From an uncultured Bdellovibrionales bacterium (GTDB taxonomy: Bacteria; Bdellovibrionota; FAC87; UBA2466): DNA of 64,000 nt. Under the pieces are notes generated by a model, which was not told the DNA's origin, did not search any database, and saw only the letters and a list, made by a program, of their open reading frames with translations. Within the stretch, counting starts at the first letter, position 1. Each line of letters starts with the position of its first letter. The translations under genes were made by a program, and so were the position numbers. Below, one piece after another: positions 53,902 through 63,835 of the stretch. The stretch is from contig CALCZU010000030.1 in NCBI GenBank assembly GCA_937903155.1, forward strand, positions 5,257 through 69,256, written 5' to 3'.

Positions 53902-54097
53902 GTCTTTGCGAGGAGCGAAGCGACGACTTGTCCGGCGCAGCTTTAGCGGAGACGGAAGCAATCTCGCTGTACTTGAGAAGAACTTTGGATGCGTCGGTAT
54001 TGCGAGACCGCCTTCATACAACGGACAACCTCAGCCCTCAACCAGGGCGCTCTTATGCATCGAGATTGCTTCGTCGCTGCGCTCCTCGCAAAGACGG
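53902..54097. repeat. Composite/interrupted copy of the REP-like palindromic element
   Basis: Right arm 54061-54097 CGAGATTGCTTCGTCGCTGCGCTCCTCGCAAAGACGG pairs with a split left arm (53902-53926 plus 53957-53966) interrupted by a 30-nt insert. 94-nt loop. It lies between convergent genes. Confidence 0.75.
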
Positions 54098-54116
54098 GGT
54101 TCCGCGCGGAAGGACG

Positions 54117-55115
54117 TTACCCTAACTTTTCAATCTTAATTTTCCCATTCACCTGAGAACTCTTATAAAGCGCGTCTATCACTGCCAAATTTTCCAGTGA
54201 GTCTTGCGAACCTAGAGGCAACGCCTCATCGAAAAGAATATGTCGGTTGAAGTTCTCAATCATGGTCGTCACTTGATCCGCTGTTTCAAATTTCAAAGTC
54301 TCTTTCAATTCTCCTTTTTCCCAAATCTCGGCATCAGAGTTCGAAAAAGGATTCCACATTTGAGGGACACGCAAAATCGCTTCGGTTCCGACGACTTCCA
54401 AGGTGCCCCGATACGCATGATTAAAACTCGAATGAAAAAGTGCGGATTTTCCATCCGAAAACTCGAGGAGCGCGCTCATTTCGGTATCAATTCCATTTTT
54501 GTAAACAGCGGATGAAAAAACACTTAAAGGTTCTTCTTGAAACGCCCAGCGGATTCCGGAGATGCAATAACATCCGACGTCGTAAAGACTCCCTCCGCCT
54601 AGTTCCGGGGTTCGTCGGGACAAAGAGTATTCATCGGTTAGTAAGAAATTTAATGCGGTATTCACGTGTCTGACTTTTCCTAGCCTTCCGCTGTCGACAA
54701 TTTTTCTCAAGGCTTGGGTCCGCGGATGGTGAGGCCACATATAACCTTCCATCCATTTCACTTGGTTTTCTTTGGCCGCAAGAATTGCTTTCTGAGTTTG
54801 TTCGCGTGTAACACAGAGAGGTTTTTCGCAAAGGATATGTTTTCCATTCTTCACTGCTTTGACCATCCATTCAAAATGCAAGGCATTCGGAAGTGGGATG
54901 TAGATCACATCAATTTCAGAATCGCCAATCAGATCTTCGTAGCTACGGTGGGCTTTCGCAATCTTGAATTTATCTGCTGCTTCTCGCGAGCGCTTGAGAT
55001 CGCGACTGGCAATCGCATACGCCTCAGAAGACGCAGCCTTTTGAATCGCTGGAATCAGCTTATTGCCAATTCGTGAAACTCCGAGAATTCCCCATTTCAG
55101 TCGTCGCTCTGTCAT
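54117..55115 (-). CDS. Gfo/Idh/MocA family oxidoreductase
   Basis: LKWGILGVSRIGNK Rossmann N-terminus and ILCEKPL motif. Confidence 0.8.
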   Translation of the reverse strand: MTERRLKWGILGVSRIGNKLIPAIQKAASSEAYAIASRDLKRSREAADKFKIAKAHRSYEDLIGDSEIDVIYIPLPNALHFEWMVKAVKNGKHILCEKPLCVTREQTQKAILAAKENQVKWMEGYMWPHHPRTQALRKIVDSGRLGKVRHVNTALNFLLTDEYSLSRRTPELGGGSLYDVGCYCISGIRWAFQEEPLSVFSSAVYKNGIDTEMSALLEFSDGKSALFHSSFNHAYRGTLEVVGTEAILRVPQMWNPFSNSDAEIWEKGELKETLKFETADQVTTMIENFNRHILFDEALPLGSQDSLENLAVIDALYKSSQVNGKIKIEKLG

Positions 55116-55193
55116 GCTCTCCGATCTATTCTCACACCTTCAGTATTTCAAGTTTTCAAAGCAAAAGTCATCTTGTAAAACTGTGTAGTGAAA

Positions 55194-56294
55194 ATGTACG
55201 ACGTCATTGTAGTGGGGCTGGGAGCGATGGGAAGTGCTGCCGCCTATCATCTTACGAAGAGAGGTCTTTCTGTTTTAGGCGTCGAGCAGTATTCCATGGC
55301 CCATGCTTTGGGAAGTTCTCACGGTGAAACTCGACTCATTCGTAAAGCGTATTTTGAAAACTCAGCTTACGTGCCCTTACTTGAATGCAGTTACGAACTT
55401 TGGAATGAACTCGAGAAAGAAACTGAGACCTCATTACTTCATCAAACCGGACTCGCAATTTTTGGAGCTCCTTCAAGCCCAGTTTTAAAAGGGAGTCTCG
55501 CGAGCAGCCGGCTTTTTAAAATTCCGGTCACGGAACATTCGCATGCCGAAAGTGTCCAGCTTTTTCCTCAGTTTGAAATTCCGAAAGACTTTATTTCTTT
55601 AGTCGAACCGAGCGGTGGGTACTTAGAAGTTGAAAACTGCGTCCGGGCGTTTTGCGAAGCTTCTAAAAATAGAGGCGCCGAACTTTTATTCGAAACTCGA
55701 GTCAAACAATGGAAATCGAGAGGAACGCGATTTGAGATCGAAACGGACATTGGACACTTTTCTTCCCGTTACGGTGTTTTTACAGCGGGCGCTTGGACGG
55801 GAGACGTTTTAAAAAGTCTTTCTCTCCCTTTAAAAGTGCACCGAGTTCCGCAGTTTTGGTTTGAATCGAAAGCGACTCAAAAAGAAGTCTGCTTTGCCTT
55901 CGATATGCCTTATGGGTTTATGTACGGTTTTCCGAAAATCAATGGCCTTCAAAAAGTGGCCGCTCACATTCCGGGAGAAATCGTTTTCGATCCTGCAACT
56001 GTTGATCGCAAAATTTCAGAAAACGATATTTCCCTCACTCGTCAATTTGTGGGAGATCAACTCAAAAAGTTTCAAGTGGATCCTGTCAAATCTTCGGTTT
56101 GCATGTACACGATGACACCCGATAGTCACTTTATTTTGGATGTTTTACCGGAAAAACCTAATTGCGTCCTTGCGGCGGGGTTTTCGGGCCATGGATTTAA
56201 ATTTGCTTCGAGTCTGGGAGAAGTTTTGACCCGTCTACTCTTGAAGGATCCGCTCGGGTATGACATAAATTTCTTACGCCTTAATCGATTTTAG
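55194..56294 (+). CDS. FAD-dependent N-methyl amino acid oxidase (monomeric sarcosine oxidase / SolA-like)
   Basis: YDVIVVGLGAMGSAAAYHL FAD motif and C-terminal AAGFSGHGFKF. Confidence 0.75.
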   Translation: MYDVIVVGLGAMGSAAAYHLTKRGLSVLGVEQYSMAHALGSSHGETRLIRKAYFENSAYVPLLECSYELWNELEKETETSLLHQTGLAIFGAPSSPVLKGSLASSRLFKIPVTEHSHAESVQLFPQFEIPKDFISLVEPSGGYLEVENCVRAFCEASKNRGAELLFETRVKQWKSRGTRFEIETDIGHFSSRYGVFTAGAWTGDVLKSLSLPLKVHRVPQFWFESKATQKEVCFAFDMPYGFMYGFPKINGLQKVAAHIPGEIVFDPATVDRKISENDISLTRQFVGDQLKKFQVDPVKSSVCMYTMTPDSHFILDVLPEKPNCVLAAGFSGHGFKFASSLGEVLTRLLLKDPLGYDINFLRLNRF

Positions 56295-56317
56295 GCCTTT
56301 CGGCAGATGGAGTAGAG

Positions 56318-58318
56318 ATGAGTTGGCTCGAAGGGTTAAACCCAGAACAAATAGAAGCGGTCAAACATAACGAAGGACCCCTCTTGATTTTAGCAGGAGC
56401 CGGATCGGGAAAAACGACGGTCCTGGTTTCGCGCGCCGGTCGGATGATCGATGAGAAAATCGTTGCGCCCGAAAATCTCTGTGTTCTGACTTTTACAAAC
56501 CGAGCCGCTCGAGAGTTAAAAGAACGTGTCTCAAAAAAACTGGGCAAAGTGGCGGACAAGATGTGGGCCGGTACGTTTCACTCCTTCGGTCTTAAAGTTT
56601 TAAGAAAATATCACAAGCATGCAGGACTGAGCCGTGACTTCGGGATTCTCGATCCTTCGGATGCTTCGCTTTTATGCAGAGAGCTTTTGCAGGATTTTAA
56701 GCACGATACAAAAGCGAGTTTTGATAACGACCTTTTGCTTTCTAAAATGAGTGAATGGCGCGAGCGGGGTCAGACAAAGTGCCAGAAGTATGATGACGAG
56801 TATGAAGAAACGCTCGAATGGTTACTTCCTCGATATCTCGCGCGCGTGCACGCTTTGGGAATGGTGGATTTTGATACTTTGATCATTAAACCTATTGAAC
56901 TTATGAAAGAGTTCAATAACATTCGTGCGGATTATCAATATCTCATGGTCGATGAGTTCCAAGATACGAGTCGCATGCAAATGCAGTTTATTGATAGCCT
57001 TGTTGAGGAGCATAAAAATCTCGTCGTCGTCGGAGATGACGACCAATCGATTTATGGTTGGCGTGGGGCTTTTATCAAAAATATTTTAGATTTTCCAAAA
57101 AGTTATGCTGGATGCAAAGTCGTTCGACTCGTTAGAAACTACCGCTCGACTCCCGAAATTTTAGCGGTTGCTAATGCCGTCATCGCAAAGAATCAAGATC
57201 GCCATAAAAAAGAGTTGCTCTCCGAAGCAAAACCTTCGGGCAAATTACCCGAATCTCTTGTCTTCGAAGATGAGACGGAAGAAATTGAAAACATCAGCCT
57301 CGAATTGAGAGCGCTCATCGAAGAAGGGTTTAAAAAGAAAGAACTCGCGATTCTTTACCGATCGAATCTTCTGGGCGCGATGTTAGAAGCAGAACTGCGA
57401 AAACAGCAAATCCCCTACAATATTTCAGGCGGGATGGGGTTTTTTGATCGCAAAGAAGTGAGAGACATTCTCGCGCTCGTTCGAACGGCTTATCGTCCTA
57501 ACGAAGTTTCGATTAAACGCGTGCTTCATTGCTTGCCTCGAGGGATTGGGGATAAGTCTTTAGCGGATCTCACTCAAAAAGCTCATGATCAATCGAAGAA
57601 TTTTATTGCAGTTGCACGCAATTGGCGCAATGAAGGCATCGAAGAACCCCTCGGTCATAAACTCGATGCGTTTTTCTCAGAATTAGATCAATTGAGAAAC
57701 GCTCTTTCGAATGCCACAGGTTCGACGATTCAGTCTGTTTTAATTAACGCGCTTGAGACGGGCGGATACAAAAAACATCTCGAAAGAATTTCTGCGAATT
57801 CGGTCGGCGTTGCAAATCGTTGGAAAATGGTCGAGATTTTTGCAGATATCTTAGCCCGTTACCTTACTCGCAAAGGCAGCGGCGAGGATTTTGTTTTAAA
57901 ATTCATGGATGCGATGGAGTTAAGAGACTACGCCACCGAGGAAAAAGAAAAAGACGAGCTCCAGCTTTTAACTCTGCATGCGTGCAAAGGACTCGAGTTC
58001 CCCGTCGTGATTTTTATGGGAGTTGAAGAAGACATCATTCCTCACCGCACACTCGGATCGGATGTCTCTGAAGAACGCCGGCTCTTTTACGTAGGAATTA
58101 CGCGCGCCAAAGAACGGCTGATTCTCACGCGCGCCAAAAAACGAAAAAGAAATGGACGCGTCCAGGATTCTCCACCCTCGCGGTTTCTACTTGAGATTCC
58201 AAAGCCATTGCTTTCAGAGCGCAGTGGGGGCAGGGAAGTCCGTGAGGATGTGAGAAAAGCGATGCTTCAGGATCTCTTCAAAAAAATCGCAAGCATCCAA
58301 AGCCCCAAATTAAACTAG
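56318..58318 (+). CDS. UvrD/Rep/PcrA-family ATP-dependent DNA helicase
   Basis: LNPEQIEAV, AGAGSGKTTVL (Walker A), VDEFQDT, GDDDQSIYGWRGA, NYRST, LLTLHACKGLEFPVV, RRLFYVGITRAK. Confidence 0.9.
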   Translation: MSWLEGLNPEQIEAVKHNEGPLLILAGAGSGKTTVLVSRAGRMIDEKIVAPENLCVLTFTNRAARELKERVSKKLGKVADKMWAGTFHSFGLKVLRKYHKHAGLSRDFGILDPSDASLLCRELLQDFKHDTKASFDNDLLLSKMSEWRERGQTKCQKYDDEYEETLEWLLPRYLARVHALGMVDFDTLIIKPIELMKEFNNIRADYQYLMVDEFQDTSRMQMQFIDSLVEEHKNLVVVGDDDQSIYGWRGAFIKNILDFPKSYAGCKVVRLVRNYRSTPEILAVANAVIAKNQDRHKKELLSEAKPSGKLPESLVFEDETEEIENISLELRALIEEGFKKKELAILYRSNLLGAMLEAELRKQQIPYNISGGMGFFDRKEVRDILALVRTAYRPNEVSIKRVLHCLPRGIGDKSLADLTQKAHDQSKNFIAVARNWRNEGIEEPLGHKLDAFFSELDQLRNALSNATGSTIQSVLINALETGGYKKHLERISANSVGVANRWKMVEIFADILARYLTRKGSGEDFVLKFMDAMELRDYATEEKEKDELQLLTLHACKGLEFPVVIFMGVEEDIIPHRTLGSDVSEERRLFYVGITRAKERLILTRAKKRKRNGRVQDSPPSRFLLEIPKPLLSERSGGREVREDVRKAMLQDLFKKIASIQSPKLN

Positions 58319-58319
58319 C

Positions 58320-58832
58320 TTACTTTTTCTTAAATAAATTCAGGTACTGCCCGTAACCCTCTGCCTCAAGCTTATCGACCGGGATAAATCTTAAAGACGC
58401 AGAATTCATACAATAACGAAGCCCCGTCGGAGTAGGGCCATCGTTAAAAACATGGCCTAAGTGCGAATCTCCGTGCTTGGATCGGATTTCAGTTCGGGTC
58501 ATAAAGGCGGTTTTATCGGTTTTTTCTACAAGATTGTCTTTTTCTAAAGGTTTCATAAAGCTAGGCCATCCGGTGCCTGAATCAAACTTGTCTTTAGAGC
58601 TGAAAAGCGCCTCTCCCGAGACAACATCGACGTAAATGCCCTCGGCGTGGTTATCCCAGTACGCATTCTTAAAAGGGGGTTCGGTCCCGCATTCCTGAGT
58701 CACTTTATACTGCTCACTACTCAGGTTTTTTTTGAGGTCTTCTTTCGCGGGTTTTTTAAAGTCTTTCATTTCTTTTCCTATACAAACTGATAAATAGAGA
58801 GCCCAAGAAACTAGAATGATGCTCTTTTTCAT
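58320..58832 (-). CDS. msrB: Peptide-methionine (R)-S-oxide reductase, exported form
   Basis: [17 protein letters not shown] and RYCMNS motifs. Signal-like N-terminus [16 protein letters not shown]. The ORF could extend to 58868. Confidence 0.85.
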   Translation of the reverse strand: MKKSIILVSWALYLSVCIGKEMKDFKKPAKEDLKKNLSSEQYKVTQECGTEPPFKNAYWDNHAEGIYVDVVSGEALFSSKDKFDSGTGWPSFMKPLEKDNLVEKTDKTAFMTRTEIRSKHGDSHLGHVFNDGPTPTGLRYCMNSASLRFIPVDKLEAEGYGQYLNLFKKK

Positions 58833-58856
58833 AGAGTCCATCATAACTCTGAACGA

Positions 58857-60443
58857 ATGAAGGTTCAAATGAAGCCATATAAAAGAATCGCGCTCTTAGT
58901 CCTGTTGTTTTCAACGTGTCACTTATTTGCAGCGGTCCAAGAAATTCATATCGGAAATGGGGGAGGGGATGTCAAAGATCTCGACCCACAGATGACTACG
59001 GCAAACGAAGAGGGAAATATCATCCGAAACCTCTTTGAAGGCCTTGTCGTTAAAGATCCAAAAACAGCTGATCCGGTGCCCGGAGTCGCGTTGAAGTGGA
59101 CGACTTCGAAAGACGGGAAAAAATTTACGTTTCAACTCAATCCTAATGCGAAATGGAGTGACGGGACGCCGGTCACGGCAAACGATTTTGTTTATTCATG
59201 GACTCGGCTCCTCGATCCGAAAACGGCTTCCGAAAATGCGGTGCTTGCGCATGCGATATTAAATGGAAAAGAATTTAATCAGGGAAAAGAGAAAGATCCA
59301 AAAAAGTTGGGTTTAAAAGCCGTGAGTCCGACCGTATTTGAAGTCACGCTATCAAAACCGGTTCCGTATTTTATCCGTCTGATCAGCCATTTCATCTTTT
59401 ACCCCGTTCCTCAAAAGGCGATTGAAAAATCCGGAGCGAAGTGGACGCGCCCTGAAAATATCGTTTCGAACGGCGCTTTTGCGATGAGTAAGTGGGAAAC
59501 AAATAAGGTCGTGACGATCAAAAAAAATCCACACTACTGGGACAAAGAAAAAGTTCAGCTAGAGGCGGCTCATTTCTATCCGCTGAAATCTGAAACGGAA
59601 GAAAAAATGTTCCGAGTCGGAAAACTGCATGTTGTTTATGAAATTCCGACGGATTTGCTTCCCACCTGGGAAAAAGACAAAACCGGGTCGTTTCATCGCT
59701 CATCGGTTCTCGGAGTTTATTATTACTGGTTTAACGTGAACAAACCTCCGTTTGATAATCTCTTAGTCCGACGGGCTCTCACATTGGCAATCGATCGTGA
59801 AAAGCTTACCAAGTTTGTGACCAAGGGAAATCAAGCGGCAGCGACCGCATTCGTCCCGCCGGGATGCGGAGGGTATCAGCCGAAACCGATTCTTCCGAAA
59901 GACGGAAGCGATATCGCAAAAGCAAAAAAATTCTTAGCCCAAGCGGGATATCGTGATGGAAAAAATTTCCCAAAAGTGCAACTCATTTACAACACCAATT
60001 CGAATATCAAAAAAATTGCCGAAGCCACCCAAGCAATGTGGAAAGAAAACCTCGGGGTGGATATTGAAATTGTGAATATGGAATGGAAAGTTTTACTCGA
60101 TACCACCCATCAAAAAAATTTCGGAATGGCGCGAGCGAGTTGGACGGCCGACTACAATGATCCGACCACGTTTTTAAATCTCTTCCTTTCCTATTCGGAC
60201 AGCAATCAGTCTGGCTGGAAAAACGACGAGTACGATCGCTGGATGAAAGAAGCGGACGTTGAACTTTCGCCTCACAAACGATTTGAACTCATCAAAAGAG
60301 CCGAAGCGGTTCTTCTCGCCGAGCTTCCCGTGCTCCCAATTTACTATTACAATCGCTCAGCACTCCGGAGCCCCAAAGTCGCAGGCTGGTACACCAACGT
60401 CGAAGACGTCCATCCGCTCAAAGAAGTTTATATTAAAGACTAA
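58857..60443 (+). CDS. ABC transporter substrate-binding protein, family 5 (oligopeptide/dipeptide type)
   Basis: Signal peptide, [17 protein letters not shown] and NPHYWD motifs typical of OppA/DppA-type SBPs. Alternative start ATG 58869. Confidence 0.85.
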   Translation: MKVQMKPYKRIALLVLLFSTCHLFAAVQEIHIGNGGGDVKDLDPQMTTANEEGNIIRNLFEGLVVKDPKTADPVPGVALKWTTSKDGKKFTFQLNPNAKWSDGTPVTANDFVYSWTRLLDPKTASENAVLAHAILNGKEFNQGKEKDPKKLGLKAVSPTVFEVTLSKPVPYFIRLISHFIFYPVPQKAIEKSGAKWTRPENIVSNGAFAMSKWETNKVVTIKKNPHYWDKEKVQLEAAHFYPLKSETEEKMFRVGKLHVVYEIPTDLLPTWEKDKTGSFHRSSVLGVYYYWFNVNKPPFDNLLVRRALTLAIDREKLTKFVTKGNQAAATAFVPPGCGGYQPKPILPKDGSDIAKAKKFLAQAGYRDGKNFPKVQLIYNTNSNIKKIAEATQAMWKENLGVDIEIVNMEWKVLLDTTHQKNFGMARASWTADYNDPTTFLNLFLSYSDSNQSGWKNDEYDRWMKEADVELSPHKRFELIKRAEAVLLAELPVLPIYYYNRSALRSPKVAGWYTNVEDVHPLKEVYIKD

Positions 60444-60558
60444 GCGCTATCGTGTTTTGTGAAAAGATATCCAATAGATATCGAACGACAACCGCAGATC
60501 TTTCGATAAATGAGGATCGTTTTACAAAAATAAGGTAAATCTTCGCTCTCTGAATACA

Positions 60559-61605
60559 ATGCCTCAATCAAAAAGACATTTTTTATGGGCGCTTGTGGTG
60601 CTCACCTTAACCTTTCATCCACAGTCGTCCTACGCAAACGAATGCTGGGACCGGCTTGTTGCATTCTCGGGAAAAGCGACTTTTGTTACAGTTAGGACGG
60701 TGGTCAAAGGGTCGTCGTATCCCCTTAGCATACCGATAGAGCTTTTTGTCAGGAATCTCGCGTCGCGAGATCAATTTGCAAAACAAAACCTCAAGAAAGC
60801 CATTTTTGATTTACCGTCCCTCATTGTCTGGGGAATCTCGGTCGGTGGCGTTTATTATTTTGACCCACAATTTACTCCAGAAGAATTTTACGAGAAGACT
60901 CGTTCGTTTGATGAGAAAAGCGATGTTGATTGTCTAGATGTTTACGTCAATGGGTTTGACCGACGGCAAGACCCTAGTTTCTACGCCGCCGCAAAAGCAG
61001 TGTTCGATGAGAAGTTACGGGATCAATTTGTCTACCTCGAGTCCCCCAACGCGGAAATCATGATCGAACAACTCGCAGACTTGGTGAAATCCCGCAGTAA
61101 AAAGATTTGTCGTTTGGAAGTGAATTCTCATGGAAGCTCCGGAGTTGTCGGCATTGGAGGGGATATCCCTCCGTTCGACAAGGCTGCAATCGATCGCATC
61201 GAACGAGACGATAGGATATTCAGTTACGACTTCGAATCTAAAAGGGGCCACTTTATCCCGATTCCCGACTTGTTCGAAGCGAGAGCAAAGATTCGGTTCA
61301 ATGCTTGTTCAGTCGCGCGCGGTGACGACGGAAAAGCTTTCATGAGTGCATTTGGAAACGTCTTTATGCCTCGCGGTGGCGAGATATATGCTGCTAACAT
61401 TAATATCAGCGGCCATTTGTTCAATAAGCATGGCGATAAAGTCATTGACCATCTGACAAATTTTGCTATTCCCGGAGGCGTTGCTTACCTTCAATTCAGG
61501 AAATATGAGAGAAGTTATCCGGCGGATTGGGAAGAGAAAATTCGCCTCCGGAAGAATCCGGTTGTCGTGTTTGAAGTAAACCCTCGCGCCGAAAAAAAGA
61601 AATAA
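60559..61605 (+). CDS. Exported hypothetical protein
   Basis: Signal peptide LWALVVLTLTFHPQSSYA. Motifs EVNSHGSSGVVGIGG and RFNACSVARGDDGKAF. No family assigned confidently. Confidence 0.5.
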   Translation: MPQSKRHFLWALVVLTLTFHPQSSYANECWDRLVAFSGKATFVTVRTVVKGSSYPLSIPIELFVRNLASRDQFAKQNLKKAIFDLPSLIVWGISVGGVYYFDPQFTPEEFYEKTRSFDEKSDVDCLDVYVNGFDRRQDPSFYAAAKAVFDEKLRDQFVYLESPNAEIMIEQLADLVKSRSKKICRLEVNSHGSSGVVGIGGDIPPFDKAAIDRIERDDRIFSYDFESKRGHFIPIPDLFEARAKIRFNACSVARGDDGKAFMSAFGNVFMPRGGEIYAANINISGHLFNKHGDKVIDHLTNFAIPGGVAYLQFRKYERSYPADWEEKIRLRKNPVVVFEVNPRAEKKK

Positions 61606-61621
61606 AAGTTTACGGGGTAAT

Positions 61622-62335
61622 TTACTTAGTCACTTCCCAATCGATAGGTTTTTGCCCAAGTTTTTTGAGGAGTGCGTTTGCTTTGGAAAAGGGTCGCGAT
61701 CCAAAAAAGCCGTTATGTGCAGAGAGCGGCGAGGGATGCGCCGACTCAATGATGTGATGCTGAGGATTCGTGATCAGCGCCTTTTTCTTTCGCGCGGGAG
61801 CTCCCCAAAGAATAAAGACAATTGGATTTTTTCGATCATTCAAAAGACTGATAATGCGATCGGTAAAATTCTCCCAACCTTTTTCCCGGTGAGAAAATGC
61901 CTGAGATTCGCGCACGGTTAAAACGGTATTCAAAAGCAAAACCCCTTGTTCGACCCATGACGTCAGTTCAGAATCTTCTCGATTCACTTTTTTACTTAAA
62001 TCCGCTTCGATCTCTTTAAAAATGTTCACCAGACTCGGTGGTTTCTTTTTCAGCGAATTGGGAACTGCAAAACTCAAACCGACGGCTTGACCGAGACCAT
62101 GGTAAGGATCTTGTCCTAAGATCACGACTTTCACATTTTCTAAATCTAACGATTGTAGCGCTCGCAAAACATTTTCTTTCGAAGGAAAAATCGTCTGACG
62201 AGTTTGATATTCGGATTTTAAAAACGCAGTCAGCTTTTTGAAGTATTCTTTGTCTTTTTCGTCTGAAAGATGCGCCCGCCATTGAGAGGGCAAGTTGTCA
62301 GGAAATCGCGATTGTGAACTCTGCATCATGCTCAC
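61622..62335 (-). CDS. ung: Uracil-DNA glycosylase
   Basis: VVILGQDPYHG, GVLLLNTVLTV and SAHPSPLSA motifs. Confidence 0.9.
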   Translation of the reverse strand: MSMMQSSQSRFPDNLPSQWRAHLSDEKDKEYFKKLTAFLKSEYQTRQTIFPSKENVLRALQSLDLENVKVVILGQDPYHGLGQAVGLSFAVPNSLKKKPPSLVNIFKEIEADLSKKVNREDSELTSWVEQGVLLLNTVLTVRESQAFSHREKGWENFTDRIISLLNDRKNPIVFILWGAPARKKKALITNPQHHIIESAHPSPLSAHNGFFGSRPFSKANALLKKLGQKPIDWEVTK

Positions 62336-62444
62336 GACGATAGCGAAAAAATTAAAGTTGTCAAAATCAGGTGTTCACAAAAAAATTTAAAAAGATTGGA
62401 CTTTGCTCGGCGTCGGAGATATTCCCGGGCAATGGGGGTTTTTA

Positions 62445-63500
62445 ATGTTTAGATCATTGACGTCTTTTCTTTCTTTTTTTCTGATTCTTTCGCTTTTCTC
62501 AGTTCACTCGCAAGCTGCGAGTAAAACTGCCACGATTTATAAAGCGTATGCCGCAACGTTTACCTTTCCTGACGAGGGTGAAGCCGACCCTATGATAAAA
62601 ACAGATTTTCTAGTGGAGTATGAAGCAAATGTTTGCGGCAAACTCCAAGGGACGGATTTCGATTTAAGTCACGTCATTCTCGGCGACACGAAAGACGTCG
62701 ATGTTTGGGTCACTGTTTATTACACCCCTGCGAGTGGTGCTTGTACGCTGCAGTCTTTTACAAAAGACATGCACATTAAAGCCAATATCAAATTACAAGA
62801 AGGCATCAAAAAATATGTGATGAACGTCGCTCTTGCGCAAGGACGCATCCGTTGGGAATTTACAAAAGACGACCAAGGAAAGTGGTCTTATACTTCGAGC
62901 GGGCCGGGAACCACACCGCCTCCGGTGACGCCTCCGCCCTTAAATGAGAAAGAGAAGTTGAAGAAAGAGATTGAGGACAAACGTGTTCGTTTCTATCAAG
63001 AGTCCAAATCATTCGCCATCTGTGTTTTTGGAATGACAGACGAAGACTGTCTCATCGGAACGGATAAAATGCTGTCACTCAGTAAGAGCTCCCTTTTTCC
63101 GACCGACAAGTTTACGGCGATTACGATCGAAAAAAGCTTCAAGGATTTAGCTCCGAGCGGCTTTGTGCAAATCGATTACTCTGCAGATGTCGACACCATT
63201 AAAAAACACCTCGAAAAACAGCCCGATGCAATGGGACCGATTCGTGCCAAAACGAAATTGGCGACAGACGGTTTCCAAAAAGACGTCAGCTGTGGCGATT
63301 TGGATTTTGCTCAATGTGAGAAGGGTTTGGACACGATGATCGAAATTAGCAAGGGAGCGCCTTTTAAGATGCGACCTCTTTCGAAGATCGTGATTGGCAA
63401 GAAGTTCGAGGTCTATTCGATTCAATCCGATTGGATTTTCGTGGATTACTCAGCAAATGCCGAAACGATTAAGGCTTATCTCTCTGAGACGAGTGATTAA
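62445..63500 (+). CDS. Exported hypothetical protein with an internally duplicated C-terminal domain
   Basis: ATG 62445 gives the signal peptide MFRSLTSFLSFFLILSLFSVHSQA. TPPPVTPPP linker. Two ~70-aa repeats ending FVQIDYSADVDTIKKHLEK and WIFVDYSANAETIKAYLSE. Confidence 0.55.
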   Translation: MFRSLTSFLSFFLILSLFSVHSQAASKTATIYKAYAATFTFPDEGEADPMIKTDFLVEYEANVCGKLQGTDFDLSHVILGDTKDVDVWVTVYYTPASGACTLQSFTKDMHIKANIKLQEGIKKYVMNVALAQGRIRWEFTKDDQGKWSYTSSGPGTTPPPVTPPPLNEKEKLKKEIEDKRVRFYQESKSFAICVFGMTDEDCLIGTDKMLSLSKSSLFPTDKFTAITIEKSFKDLAPSGFVQIDYSADVDTIKKHLEKQPDAMGPIRAKTKLATDGFQKDVSCGDLDFAQCEKGLDTMIEISKGAPFKMRPLSKIVIGKKFEVYSIQSDWIFVDYSANAETIKAYLSETSD

Positions 63501-63502
63501 CT

Positions 63503-63799
63503 TCAGGTTAGAGTTTTTTTAAGGCTCTGAAGGAGCAAGATAGATTTGTCGATGATTCGCAAAGACTGTTTGGTCGCGGTGCCTGAACCCTCGGGACAAA
63601 GGATTGCTTGTGGGGGGGCATCTAGAGCTTCTGCGATTTTTTCGACCGTTCCCAAAGTCGTATTAGGAGCCGCATTCTCGATCTGTGAAACATATCGGGA
63701 AGAAATATTGGCTTTCTTCGCCAAGTCGGCCTGAGAAATACCGTTTTGCTTTCTAAGTGACCTAATTTTTTTTGAGACGAGCTCAGCAATTTTTCCCAT
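63503..63799 (-). CDS. XRE-family helix-turn-helix transcriptional regulator
   Basis: IRSLRKQNGISQADLAKKANISSRYVSQIENAAPNTTLGTVEKIAEAL (Cro/C1-type HTH). Confidence 0.8.
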   Translation of the reverse strand: MGKIAELVSKKIRSLRKQNGISQADLAKKANISSRYVSQIENAAPNTTLGTVEKIAEALDAPPQAILCPEGSGTATKQSLRIIDKSILLLQSLKKTLT

Positions 63800-63835
63800 A
63801 GGCGCCCTTATATCTCATTTCGTTGATGAGCTCCA

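Noticed and set aside
53740-54139. ORFs 53740-54021 (-), 53906-54139 (+) and 53928-54125 (+)
   Set aside because: They span the composite palindromic repeat between convergent genes. The peptide content (…EIASSLRSSQRR…, …LRRCAPRKDG…) is the usual translation artefact of this repeat family.
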